A stretch of 64,000 bases of DNA, taken from Haliotis cracherodii (taxonomy: Eukaryota). The notes below the pieces were generated by a model. That model was given only the letters and a program-made list of their open reading frames with translations, ran no database searches and was not told where the DNA came from. Shown in pieces: positions 13,518 through 26,220 of the stretch. Both the position numbers and the translations under genes were made by a program. Numbering within the stretch: the first letter of the stretch is position 1; each line of letters starts with the position of its first letter. The stretch spans positions 434,001 to 498,000 of the forward strand of contig NW_027266277.1 in the NCBI RefSeq assembly GCF_022045235.1. The letters are read 5' to 3'.

Positions 13518-13807
13518 ACCACCCTCGGAACGATCCAATCAAGGTGACTCAAAGGACTGACGCAACACCAGACTTTGTACCCCCTTGACTAGAAGCTAAC
13601 CTACGCCACTTTATGACCAAGTTTCATTTTAAAAAGAAACATTTAAGACGCAGAATCGCAGAATTATCAGCATGTTCTGTGATTTGTTCCTGCAAGACAC
13701 TGTCAAATTTGGGTAGTTTAGGTTATTGACAAACAATGACTTGTAAATGATTTTTAACGCATTTGGAATACAGAGTATCAAAGAAAACACAAAGTTGGAA
13801 CAAAGCG

Positions 13808-13986
13808 TGTGAGTGAGTGAGTGAGTGAGTGAGTTTGGTTTTACGCCGCTTTTAGCAATATTCCAGCAATATCACGGCGGGGGACACCAGAAATGGGCTT
13901 AACACATTGTACCCATGTCGGGAATCGAACCCGGGTCTTCGGCGTGACTAGCGAACGATTTAACCACTAGGCTACCCGACCGCCCC
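13808..13986 (-). mobile_element. SINE family A
   Basis: Full copy; TGGAACAAAG flanks both ends. Confidence 0.88.
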
Positions 13987-15280
13987 GTGGAACAAAGTAC
14001 AAAGCTCTTCCACGTCTATCACTGTACTTTCAAACGATGTGCAAATTCATCATCAATTTGAGAAGCTTTCTAAATCAAAGTATGGAAATCAGTAGCTGCG
14101 TTTTGTTCACGTACAGTAGTTCTGTCAATTTCTTCTGTCAAATATTTCTTGAAAGTTTCAAAGTCAGACGTTGATTCAATGGGACAGACCAAAAACACTT
14201 AACACAGGGCCCCGGTAGTTAAATAAGTACAAGTCAATGAACCTCTTTCAAAACTCAAAACAAATCTCGTAAATGTTCTCGATGTATGCAGAAAATGTTA
14301 TTTGCTTGGGGTAATTAACTGGCATATTAAAACCTCCCCCGACAGTGCAAGCTGTTTGGGGTTCCCAGAGCAACACGAATTCTCTCCCTCTGGGTCGGGC
14401 ACTCCGTGCGACACACTCAATAAAAACTGTCAGGGAAATGATATACAAACATTTTTCACTTACATGTTGGATTTTCATTTGTTGTATCTTCAAACGTTCT
14501 TCACCTATCCCCAAATGTAAGTGTTGAAAAGGATGGCTGCCCGCCGGCACGCTAAACATTCCTTCAGATCGACCACACAGGAAGGAAGACAAGGCTGATC
14601 TGCACATGCTGCACGGACGACCCGTTCACCATACTCGGCCCTGATTGGTCTGTCGTGTCACGTGCTGTGGCCCGTGGGTATCGCAACATTTAAAGTAATC
14701 CCATTATATGTTTACACCTTTGGATTGACACACATAAATAAAAGGTGAAATAAGGGTTTGTGCAGCCCCTGCGAACACCTCTAGAGAAATCAGTTACTTT
14801 GATCATCTCAGGAAATCAAGGGAAATGTTCAGTAAACCACTGAATACATAAGGCTGCCACACGTTTCTGCATATATTGGGCGGTGGGGTAGTCCAGTGGT
14901 TAAAGCGTCCGCTCGTCACGCCGAAGACCCAGGTTGTGTTGATCGATGCTCATGATATTAATCACTGGATTGTCTGGTCCAGACTCGATTATTTACAGAC
15001 CGCTGAACCTGGAATTTTGCTGAGTGCGGCGTTAAAGTTACAGCACTGTACACCTTGCAATACAGGGCCGCGTTCCTCAAGGCGATTGTAGCGTTACCAC
15101 TGTAGTGAGTCTATGTAAAAGTATGGGAGTTACGATCGTCTTCTCGCCACGATCGCTTTGAGGAACGGCGCCCAGAGCTGTAGATACTTGCAAGAGAATG
15201 CATGGAAGGAAAACAATCATTGTTATAAATCAGCTTTAATGAGCCAAATAAATATGCAAGAAGAACACCCTGTGCAACGT

Positions 15281-18200
15281 TTAGGAGCTGGGGGTGATGG
15301 TCAGATCGTAGACGGTGTGCCTGAAGCACTCGGCGACGGCGCGGATGTCGTGGTATTTGCTGCGGATCTCGCTAAGGCTGCCCTTGCTCTCGCCAGTGTG
15401 GGATTTGATCTGCTGGTAGACCTCATCCTGAAAGAAACCAGTGTGACATGTATTATGATTATGATTATGATCACCACTGTCATTATAACTAACAGGGAAA
15501 CCTTAGACCAAAATCAGCTTTAACTAGACAATCTCATCAAAAGTATTCCTTATTTATCAATTTCGTCACAACAGCTTTCGTGTTACCTTAATTTGATTCG
15601 TGATTTTACAACGATGTTTATGATAAAGTCCCGGGTTCCGTTTTACAAATATCTCTTGGTGATCCGACTGTCGTCAGTCCTTGTTGACTTCATCTTCCCG
15701 AGACAAGGGAGTTAACTGACTTTAAAAGTCCATTTTACACCCTTGCCGAACTAGGCTGTAATTCCTGGGCTCGATCGTAACGCAACCAGTGGCTATTACG
15801 AGTTAGTCCCTTCTAAGCCTCTCCTATGAACCAATCAGATTCCACCCCTCGTATCAGTTGCTTTTGCTTCAAACAAAATGTTGGGTGGCGCCCAGTCAGG
15901 ACGATCTGATCGATAATCAAGATCTTTATTGTGATAAAACGGGTCTTACGTCGCGAAATGCATCAAATCACGTGCGCACCTTGATTAATAACATGACAAG
16001 TTTTGGAAAGTATCTGTTGACAACGAGTTGGCGGTACTCATGCTTTTCAAATCCTGTAACCGACCGAAATCTGCACGACAGTTTACGAACCGGATTACGA
16101 CTCCGTTGCGCGATTTTGATTGGACTATGCATAGACTCGTTAGTCCAGCAAAAATGTAATTCCATAATACCAGCCTAGCTCGGCAAGGGTGGAAACTGGA
16201 CTTTTATAGTCAGTTGACTCTCTTGCCTTGGGAAGATGTGTTGACTTACGATCGTCTTATTAATCAGATCAGAGAGCTAGAGTTTTCACGCTTACACAAT
16301 CGTAAGTCATTCATGGAGTGTTAGAAAACCGGTAACCATAACATACTGAAATGTCCTATGAAGGCAAATGAAGTCCCATGAAGTTCTATGAAGTTTTATG
16401 AAGTTCTATAAATTGTTATGAAGTTCTATGAAGGCCTGTGAAGACCATGCAGGACCGTGAAGGCCAAGGAAATCCTATGAAGGCCATGAAGGCTTAGGAA
16501 TGCCAATGAAGGCCTGTGAAGGCCCATGAAGGTCTGTGGAGGCCAATGAAGTCCTATGAAGGCCAATGAAGTCCTATGAAGTAGCGGGCATCTGGCAGCC
16601 TTGAAACGGTAGGGTTTAAGAAAAACCGCAGGCTACCCCCTGGAGTCTAGCAGCTTTAAGAATATGAGGTGAAGGACATTCTTACCCTTTTTGCGAACAC
16701 CTGATGTCATCACCGATCCATTCTTATCAGTTTTACCCCTTGTCTTTTACGCCCATCTGAATCTATTCCGGCAGTAATCGAGACTAATTATCCATGTACA
16801 TATGAACTGTCAATGCAAGAGAATAACCATACTAGATTTTCTGCCAAAACAGATTCCGCTTGGCGTAAAGGGCAAACAGCTATGGAAATTATATGAATGT
16901 GTAGCAGGGCGTGGAGTCATCCCACAGATGACATCCTTACCTTGTCAGCTTGCTGACGGGGTTAACCTCTTTGGTCGTGTGGGCAAGGCGTCCGACCTCG
17001 GATCAGAAGGTCCGTGGTTCGCGATCGAATCCCATCACGGGACTCAGACATTTTCTGACCGCTAGAAATGGACCACTGCTAACCCGTGATGACCCAGGCG
17101 TCGCGAAAATGGTAAGAATGTCCTGCCCTACCGGTACCCCACGCCATTCATACAATTTGTATAAAAAAGTAAGTATTTATTGCCTGACGCAGCACAGCAG
17201 GACTTCTGCCATGCGACGTCAGCCTGCAAACAAACCAGACAATCAAGTGATCGATGGACGACACACGAGAGTATCATAACTGATTTTGTTGAAGCTAATA
17301 AAAACGGTATATTAATTTTGAGGTGGTGAAATGGGGTTTAGCGTCGCGTCCAAGATTATTGTACTTAAATAGCGACGTGCATGCACGTGTGTGTGTTTGT
17401 GTGGCTGCTTGTACTAGTCCGGACTGATGCCGATTTATAGTGCTAGCTCACTGAGATACCGTGCCGCAATTTAACATGAATTCCCCACTCAGACTCAGTG
17501 TACTGACTCCGAGCCGACCAGTCCTTGTTTTAGCCCCTTAATGCCAAGCGCAAGACAGGGTAACAACAAGTACCATCTTTTAACGTCTTTTGGTATGACG
17601 CGGCCAGGGATCGAACCCTGGACCTTCCGCTCTCCGGGCGGACGCTCTACCACTAGACCACGGAGGCTGTCTATTAATTTTGAATTCCGTGTGGTGTGTA
17701 CACGTACCTCAAGCTTCTCCCTGGAGTCCTTGTGCTGGAGCAGCTTCTCGGTGTCGCTGTTCACTGACACCAGGTAGCAGGAGTCGGCGTTCCTCACCAG
17801 CATCAGATCCTGACCAATCAAATCAATTGTTACAATTGCAGGATATCTTCATAATGTTGACTTGATGTCTTCCCAATATTTACTTGATATCCTCATAACA
17901 CCGACTTGATATAAACAAAACACCAAAACACTCGAGCAGGATTCTCTTCAAGTATCCTCTACAGCCACGACCCACAGAGCGTTCGCTTTATGGGTGAGTG
18001 AGTGTGGTTTTACGTCGCTTTTAGCAATATTTCAGCAATATCACGGCGAGGGACACCAGAAATAGTCTTCACACATTGTACCCATGTCGGGAATAGAACT
18101 CGGGTCTTCGGCCTAACGGGCGAACGCTTTAACCACAAGGCTACCCCACCGCACCGCGCTTTATGGAACAAGGGCACATATAACACAGCAGAATTACCAT

Positions 18201-19323
18201 GAATTGATTATCTTTGCAAAACATCAAACCCTACAACACAATTCTACTACCCAATAATATTAAGAACATTTGAGACGGAAGAGACTTCTCATAGCCCGTG
18301 GGAAGTACTGCCATACAATTTCGGTCATCTGTTAGAAAATTCCATAATTTCCTTTGGTTCGCTTTTCAAATTTTGAATCGAGAAATTTGTCAAATATTTT
18401 TCAAAACAAATTTTTGAATAGAAGTCGATAGTTTGAAACTAGTGCTGCAAATGTCGAGAAGGCTGTTTTCTGATTGGCTAATTTCGACTTCCCGTTAGTG
18501 CTTTCATTGGTCGATAAAAATTCGCAAAAGGTCGTTCTAACGTGACCTGTGATAGGATGTCCTCAAATATTTGTGTAGCGAGCACAAAGATTTGATTTTT
18601 AGGAAATTGATCATTCGCGGATGCCTAAAATCGCAACTCTTCAACTCCTCAGTAAATTGTGACGCTTAATCTCCTCAGTAAATTGGGACGCTTAAACTCC
18701 TCAGTAAATTGGGACGCTTAAACTTCTCAGTAAATTGTGATGCCTGGGCCACCCGATACTCAAGATAATGAGTGAGTGAGTGAGTGAGTTGGGTTTAAAG
18801 CCGCTTTGAACCAAAGATGCTGAGGTTCTGTCTCGTACTTACATGGGTTCTGTGGTACTCAAAGCTCCAGCCGTGGATCCTGTCGCTGTTCCAGCCAAGG
18901 ATGTTGTTGATGATGTCGACAGGTTTGAATTGAGCCTGGAAGAGTGAGTGAGTGAGTTTGTGTTAACCCGCTGTGAACGAATGCTGTGTATCATCGCAAC
19001 ATAGGAACAGGTAAAGTAAATATATTTAAAAAACACATCTTTCAACAATGTTGACAATTTATGTGTTCAACCCCACCTAGCCCGAATATCAAATTTTCGA
19101 TTTCTTGTGGGTTCGACTGTTGTCGTTTGCCGTCTGTGAATAATGTTTATTTCAAAGCAACAGAGAACGAGTACTATTCCTTGTCAACTGTCCCAAAAAC
19201 TGATTGAATTTTTAAAAAAGTTCTGTGAATCAATTTACAAATGAACACATCCAATTCCCTCGACAAAGACGACACACTCACAGCAGCAAGAGCGCAGAGC
19301 CCCAGAACGATGAAGGCCTTCAT
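15281..19323 (-). CDS. Gene A: secreted 127-aa two-Cys protein, vdg3-like / BRICHOS-like (tentative); exons 19323-19282, 18935-18843, 17809-17708, 15427-15281
   Basis: Canonical GT-AG phase-0 introns give an open frame: MKAFIVLGLCALAA|AQFKPVDIINNILGWNSDRIHGWSFEYHRTH|DLMLVRNADSCYLVSVNSDTEKLLQHKDSREKLE|DEVYQQIKSHTGESKGSLSEIRSKYHDIRAVAECFRHTVYDLTITPSS*. It has a signal peptide and an ATTAAA about 45 nt after the stop, and is colinear with paralogs B-D. The family name is from recall, not a search. Confidence 0.92.
15691..16238. mobile_element. Mutator-like MITE (gene A intron 3)
   Basis: About 68-bp TIRs (CATCTTCCC...CTAGGCTG) and a 9-bp TSD TGTTGACTT. Confidence 0.75.
16355..16582. repeat. 10-bp minisatellite (ATGAAGNCCT-like)
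   Basis: Direct tandem repetition. Confidence 0.85.
17321..17668 (-). mobile_element. SINE family D (tRNA-derived, about 340 bp)
   Basis: A box TGGTCTAGTGG, B box GGTTCGATCCC, TSD TATTAATTTTGA. Confidence 0.88.
17992..18155 (-). mobile_element. SINE family A (gene A intron 2)
   Basis: Full copy, TSD CGCTTTATGG. Confidence 0.85.
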
Positions 19324-19374
19324 GTTAAGTAGTTCTTTCTGTGATGACAAGGACGATTGAACACCTGATGCGTC

Positions 19375-19497
19375 TTTAAATACACTTTTTTAGCAGAGGA
19401 TAGACCTTTTTAGATATCTTTTGAGCAGATAAGATAACGTATTTCTGAAGAACGAAAGGAGCGCCCTTTTATCAGTCACGAACTGGATCTTATCAGA
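19375..19497 (-). promoter_or_regulatory. Gene A promoter: TATA-like TATTTAAA and cluster of GATA motifs
   Basis: TATTTAAA on the minus strand about 55 nt upstream of the ATG. AGATAAGATAA, TTATCA and CTTATC occur within 120 nt. Confidence 0.5.
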
Positions 19498-19585
19498 ATG
19501 ACTTGCATTTCTCAGAAGGGCTACGTCTTAGTTAGGCTGAAAGTAACAGCTACCGACTGAATTTGACCAGTTTGTTTCTGATGTG

Positions 19586-19745
19586 GTGAGTGAGTATGAT
19601 TTTACTCCGCTTTTAGCAATATTCCAGCAAGATCACGCCGGGGAACACCAGCAATGGGCTTCGTACATTGAACCCATGTGGGGAATCGAACCCGGGTCTT
19701 CGGTGTGACGAACAAACGCTCTAACCACTAGGCTACCCCACCGCC
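19586..19745 (-). mobile_element. SINE family A
   Basis: Match to family consensus. Confidence 0.85.
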
Positions 19746-21708
19746 TTGTTACTATTGTATGAAAATAATGAGTTTTATGCCTCCTTTATGTGGAAAATGC
19801 GTTCGCTATAGCTGTAAATTCTATATACATAATTCATTATTGGCGTGATATGATGTTGTAAATTAATTGGGACATTACTCTTATTGTTAGTACTTTATAT
19901 CCGTTCAGGTGGCACGTCAGAAACTTATGATTGTGGGTTCGAATCCCGATTGGCCCCAACTATGTTTCTAGATTTGTCAGCACCATAGCCGTGCTCGTGG
20001 GTTTCACCAAAGTGCTAAACGTCTGAGACCTGCATTACTTAGGATATTCTTCCCACAATAAGCTGATACGCCGTGATATTAATGGAAATTACTGTTCAAA
20101 GCGGCGTATTACCTAATTTACTCACTCACAAACAGCCATTTTCTACAAGGGCTGGTCAAAAAGTTCTAATTGTGAAAGTGTTTCTAATTATATTTTTTCA
20201 CATAATCTCCCTGCTTTTCAATACACTTCTCATATCGATAGTGAAGCTTTCTTATTACAGTCAGGAAGAAGTTTTCTGAAACCACCCTGGAAAATCTATT
20301 CACGGCAGTGTTGAGGTCATCGTTGTCGTCATAGCGCTTTCCATGAAGGTGTTCTTTCAGTTTAGGAAACAGGTGGCACTGTTTGACCAGTCCTCGTACA
20401 AGTTGTCAACAAGATGACGATCCATGTTTGCCATGAAAGTGTTGTGGATGGAAGAACCCATTCAAGAATCCATTAAAACGGCCTTGCACAACGTGTGAGC
20501 TGTGCAAGTTACTTTTTGTTTGTTTGTTTGTTTGCGCCGAGTCTGTATAAGACAAATCAGTGATTGATGTTATGAATAACGATCCATACTGTCGGGGTTC
20601 GATGCCATCCAAGTTACCGAACCTGACCACCCGACTTATTTAGTCACCTCTAAGAACCAGCATATGTTGCCGGGGTCCAATTTTAACAAAGGGACATCCT
20701 TTATCAAAATTACTCAGTTGAGTATATATATATATATATCTATATCTGCATCCTTCGCTATGTGCATGTGACATTGAAGGATGAATGGTGAGGTTGTAGT
20801 TTAATTATAGGGCAGTAGAAATGCTGTATGACTTGGCTTTGGTGGTTGTTGGTTTGTTGTTTAACGCCGCACTCAGCAATATTCCAGCTATATGAAGGCG
20901 GTCTGTAAATAATCGCGTCTGGACCAGACAATCCAGTGATTGTCACGCAATTGGGATCGATGACATGCATCAACCAAGCCAGCGAGCCTGACCACCCGAT
21001 CCCGTTAGTCACCTCTGATGGCAAGCATGAGCTGCTAAAGACCAATTTTAACCCGGATGTTCACGGGGGCGTGGCTTATGGAAGATACGCGGTGGACACA
21101 CAGAATCCCGCCCCTGTGTCTTTGACAAAAAAACAACATCAATATGAGTCGATACAAGTTTAAAACTGACAATGGTGAGATTCTATTCATCATCCAAAAT
21201 CAATTTTCAAACTGTTTCAATGTGTAAACAGAATTATAAACCTATCATCACAATACCCTATATTGCACTAGGTTCCTGACAACCTCGATTAAACCCAGAT
21301 GGGAAGTAAATCAGTAACCAGCCCATCTTCCAAATCAAGGTTGTGACCTGGCCTTTTGATTTGAAAATAATGTTGATTTTTGGTTGGTTAAAAGTCACAT
21401 TTATTAAGTGAAAATTCCATGACGTGAATCCATTCTGCAACCTCACACATCGTGTTACGTTTTGTAACCCACTGTTTTCATCCTCAGCCACCGGGGCAGG
21501 TGTTTTTCAATTTTACAAAGTTGTTAAACTTTACATGTCATGACTCCAGTTGGTCCATGTTGCACGTGGTTTTTCTCTCGAACTCTTTGATCGAATTCCT
21601 TTTATACCGCGACTCGGAGTCGTGTTTTATCCCCAACATAACCAATGTTTCCAGTGTAAAATACAACCAAACTAGCTTCAGTGCAGACAGATGTTACAGT
21701 CTGTAAAC

Positions 21709-21900
21709 GGGGCGATCGCGTAGCCTCGTGGTTAAAGCGTTCGCTCGTCACGCTGAAGATCCTGGTTCGATTCCGAACATGGGTATATGTGTGAAGCCCA
21801 TTTCTGGTGTCCCCCGCCGTGATATTGCTGGAAAATTGCTAAAAGCGGCGTAAAACCATAATCGCTCACTCACTCACTCGCTCACTCGTTCACTCACTCA
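21709..21900 (+). mobile_element. SINE family A
   Basis: Full copy with (ACTC)n tail. Confidence 0.85.
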
Positions 21901-22133
21901 CTACAGTCTGTTTTTTCTATAGAAGCCAGTTTGGGATGATATGATTGTGTGCATGGTAGAATACGAGATCCAGCTAAGTTACATAATATAGTAAATGTAT
22001 AGTTTGTAGGTGGTGATGTGAAATGGGGTTTAACGTCGCGTCCAAGATTATTGCACTTGTATAGCGACGTGCATGCACATGTGTGTGGCTGCTTGTACTC
22101 GTCTATGCCGATTTTAAAATGCTCGCCCACTTA

Positions 22134-23625
22134 TACTCTTCAAAAAAAGAAACGCACAGGTAGTTTGCAGTTCATTTAACCTGACTACACAATAAATCCT
22201 GTATATAAATTGGATATATGTTATTGGAAAATGTTGGAGGCCTGATATTCGACAAACGGATGGTCAAAACGTAGCCATTGTCGATTCGCAAACGGCATTG
22301 TTTTCACACTTGTTCAAAAATGGCATGGAGGAAAACAGTAAAGCAAAATGCACGTGCACGTTATGGCATTCTTAACTCGTGGTATTGGCTATAAAAAGGC
22401 AAGCATAAGCCAATAATTTGTCATTCAATTGTCAACATTTTTCAAGTTCGAAAATGCCGAGACTCAGCACCATAGGACGTATCCAAAGAGGGGAATCCCA
22501 GTCTTCTGTTGCACGCCACTTCAACGTCCACCACTGCACCATTTGCTGCCTTTGTAACCGATACACACAGCTCAATTCCACTGCAGACCGTCCGAGAACC
22601 GGTCGACCAAGAGTTACCATCCATGCACAGGATCGCTACATTCGTCTGTTCCACCTACGCCATTGCAATGCCACAGCTTTGGAGACAGCAGGACGCATCC
22701 CTGGTTTGAAGAGGATATCGGATCAGCCTGTCAGGAACCATCTTCGTGTGGCTTGAATCCGACCCATAAGACCAGGTATCGTCCCTGTTTTGCAACAGAT
22801 TCATCGACAGAGACGCTTGCGTTGGTGCCATACATTACAGCCATGGAATTTGGGAACATGGAGACGGGTGTGGTGCAGCGATTAATCACGATTTCTTCTT
22901 CACCGACGAGATGGAAGACAACGTGTTTATCGTCGTCGAAATGAGCGTTTTGCCCACATTGTGTGTACTACGTGAATTCAACAAATTCGGTGGTGGTAGT
23001 GTCATGGTTTTGGGGGCCATATCCTACATCAGTTGTGATTCAGGGAAATTTGACAGCAAATAGCTACATGTATCAAATTCTTTAACCACACCTTCTTTCA
23101 ATCATTTACCGTCAGAGGGAGCTGTTTCAACAGGACAACGCTCCACCGCACACAGCTCGTGTCGCGGTAGACTGCCTTCATATATAATGCCAACATAAAC
23201 ATCTTGCCCTGGACGTTGTGATCTCCAGATCTCAACCCAATCGAACACCTTTGGGATGACCTCGATCGACGTGTACGTCAACGTCAGAACACGCCGCAGA
23301 CACTCCCACAACTGGCCAACGTGTTACAACCAGAATGGGGCAGAATTCCGCAGGACAGAATTCGTACACTTATGCAGTCAGTGCCAAGAAGATGCAGAAC
23401 CGAGATTGCTGCCCGGGGTGGTCACACGAGAGTTCAGCGCAACCTTGTGACCTTATTTAACATGACAATGAACATTTTTCAATGCCTTTGTACAACGACA
23501 ACATGTGACTTTCGAGCTCCAAAATTTCATATTTGTATCTATGATATTAAATAAAATATATCGACTTATGAGGTACAATAAATTTACTAAAAATCTACCT
23601 GTGCGCTTCTTTTTTTTGAAACATG
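22134..23625 (+). mobile_element. Degenerate full-length Tc1/mariner transposon (DD34E-type transposase pseudogene)
   Basis: TIRs (TTCAAAAAAAGAAACGCACAGGTAG / CTACCTGTGCGCTTCTTTTTTTTGAA) flanked by TA. Broken ORF with HTH region (VARHFNVH, DRPRTGRPR), FQQDNAPPH and SPDLNPIEHLWD motifs. Confidence 0.92.
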
Positions 23626-23872
23626 TAGATACCATACAGCAGTTTAACATGAATACTCAACTCAGACACAGTGTCTTCCGAGCCGACCAGTCCTTGTTTC
23701 AGCACATGGGTGATACAAGTATTGATGACACTACCTTAAGTATGATGCTGTTCTCACCTGTTCAAGGATCTGCTGATTATAGGTTGGTGTGTGTGTCAGC
23801 CTCATTGTTGCCACCAGAGCAGTAATCGTCCTTGCTGGCGTTTCCTTCGGTTTCTAAAGTGTTTGACAATTA

Positions 23873-24600
23873 TATACTGAACCAAATTAAAAACTTCACA
23901 ATCCTAAAATTTTAACATTTGACCAGTTATCATTTTGGGCCCCTATTGTGTATTTAAACAGTAATGGCCACGTATTGTCTTCACATAACACCCGTTTTTG
24001 TGCAGGTGAATCGATCAAAATCATGTGCACAGCACTATAGTGGCAAAAGTGTTTTTTCACGTGCAACTGGTCACGTGGCCATAATACCGCACGTGTTTTC
24101 AGCTATACTTATTAGCAGCCATTAACAAAAAAAAAAAAACACAAGAAAACAAAAAAGTCTTTACGGCCATTTGTCATGCCATGCCTTTCAATTGTGCAAC
24201 GTGAACGTGCCATCGGCATGTTGCAGACGGGAACGTCCGTCGCAAGGACGATGGGTTGTAATCGACGGACTGTTTATGATTTACAGATGCGCCTACAGCA
24301 AACGGGTACCACCGCTGATCGCCCTCGGCCAGGTCGACCACGTATGACGTCACATGCAGGGGATCGTCAGATTGTCTTACGTCACCTCCGTAACCGATTT
24401 GTGACGGCTACATAAACCAGAAATGAACTGTTTAGGGGTAGACTGAGTGCGTAAACTGTTCGAAACCGTCTGAGAACTGCTCACCTTCAAGCACGACGGC
24501 CATACTGCGGGCCGATTCTGACTCAATTACACAGACGTCAACGTCAATTGTGAGCACAGCGACACTTACGATGGACTTACTTACTCCGAAACGTTGTGTT
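23873..24600 (+). mobile_element. 5' part of a second Tc1/mariner element
   Basis: ORF 24176-24415 MPCLSIVQRERAIGMLQTG...DRPRPGRPR...LRHLRNRF is a Tc1 HTH region, truncated. Confidence 0.8.
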
Positions 24601-24983
24601 CCTCTAAAAGAAGTTGACATCCGAATATTCTGCTCTTTATGTGTATCACTTCTAAATGCCTTTCATAAGAGTAACTGTCGGTTCGTGAATAGGAATTAGT
24701 TAGGAGCAGACAGTTGTTCACATCCCAACTGACTCAAAGTTAAAAAGATTTTTTTCTGCTGTTGAAGAAGGTGGGCCGTCGCTAGTAAATTTTTACAATT
24801 ATGTGAGGTCTCAAACCTTTCATCCGGCCAATCAGAGCGCCACTTACCAGATCTGAAAAGTCACCGTCGGTATGTGCTTTCTGCAACCTGAGACTTAACA
24901 CTGACTATTCTGAACAGCAGTTACGGACTGTTCGACTGATTGCTAGACATAGTCTATCCCCCGATAGGACAGCATTTGAAATG

Positions 24984-25198
24984 GAGTGAGTGAGTGAGTG
25001 AGTGAGAGAGAGAGTGAGTGAGTGAGTGAGTGAGTGAGTGAGTGAGTGTGGTTTTACGCCGCTTTTAGCAATATTCCAGCAATATCACGGCGGGGGACAC
25101 CAGAAATGGGCTTCACACAGTTTACCCATGTCGGGAATCGAACCCGGGACGTCGGCGTGACGAGCGAACGCTTTAACTACTAGGCTACCCCACCGCCT
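24984..25198 (-). mobile_element. SINE family A
   Basis: Full copy with a long (GAGT)n tail. Confidence 0.85.
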
Positions 25199-25659
25199 CA
25201 CTTTTAGGAAATGTAAGAGAACTTTTCATAGCCCGCGGGAAGTACTGCCACACAACTCGACCATCAATTAGACATTCCAGAATTTTCTTTTGTCCAATTT
25301 TCAAATTGTGACTCGAGAGCCATGTGAAACTAGTTATTAAAGCGTCGTCAGGAAAAGAAGTCGAAAGAAGAAATGGGCTCCACACATTGTACCCATGTGG
25401 GGAATCGAACCCGGGCCTTCGGCGTCACAAGCGAACGCTTTAACCACTAGGCTACCACACCGCCCCATCTACATGTATATCAAGAACATCGAAGTAAGTA
25501 GAATAGCTTTACACAACATAATTGTTTTGATAGAAATTGTTACTTTCACAACCAACTGTCCTTTCGAGAAATACAATGGTTCGTTAAAACAATAGAGTAA
25601 CGTCACAAATATGTTTAATTCTCAAGAAATGTTATCAATCCAATGTTAATTTTATTTTT

Positions 25660-25729
25660 GAGGTGATGTGAGGTGAAATTGGGTTTAAGGTCGCGTCCAA
25701 GATTATTGCACTTATATAGCGACGTGCAT

Positions 25730-25780
<51 letters not shown>

Positions 25781-26033
25781 CTAGACCAGACTGATGCCGA
25801 TTTATAGTGCTAGCCTACTGAGATACCATGCTGCAGTTTAACATGAATACCCCACTCAGACACAGTATACTGACTCCGAGCCGACCAATTCTTGCTTTAA
25901 CCCTTAATGCCGAGCGCCAGACAGGGTAGCAACAAGTACCATCTTTTAACGTCTTTTGGTATGACGCGGCCGGGGATTGAACCCCGGACCTTCCGCTCTC
26001 CGGGCGGACGTCCTTACGTCCACGGAGGCGGTC
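25660..26033 (-). mobile_element. SINE family D with internal (TG)n
   Basis: TSD TTATTTTTGAG. Confidence 0.88.
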
Positions 26034-26220
26034 TTATTTTTGAGAAAAAGTAACCGAATTCCATTTTGAAAGAATGTGAAGAAATGAATTTTGAATTTGC
26101 TCACTTCATTTTAATAACCCAGTGTAAGCACCGTTAACAATTACTGATAGGGAATTCCTGACACTCCTCAACACGCAGTAACCCTATTGCCTAATCTCAC
26201 TCAGAGACTCGCGGACCAAA

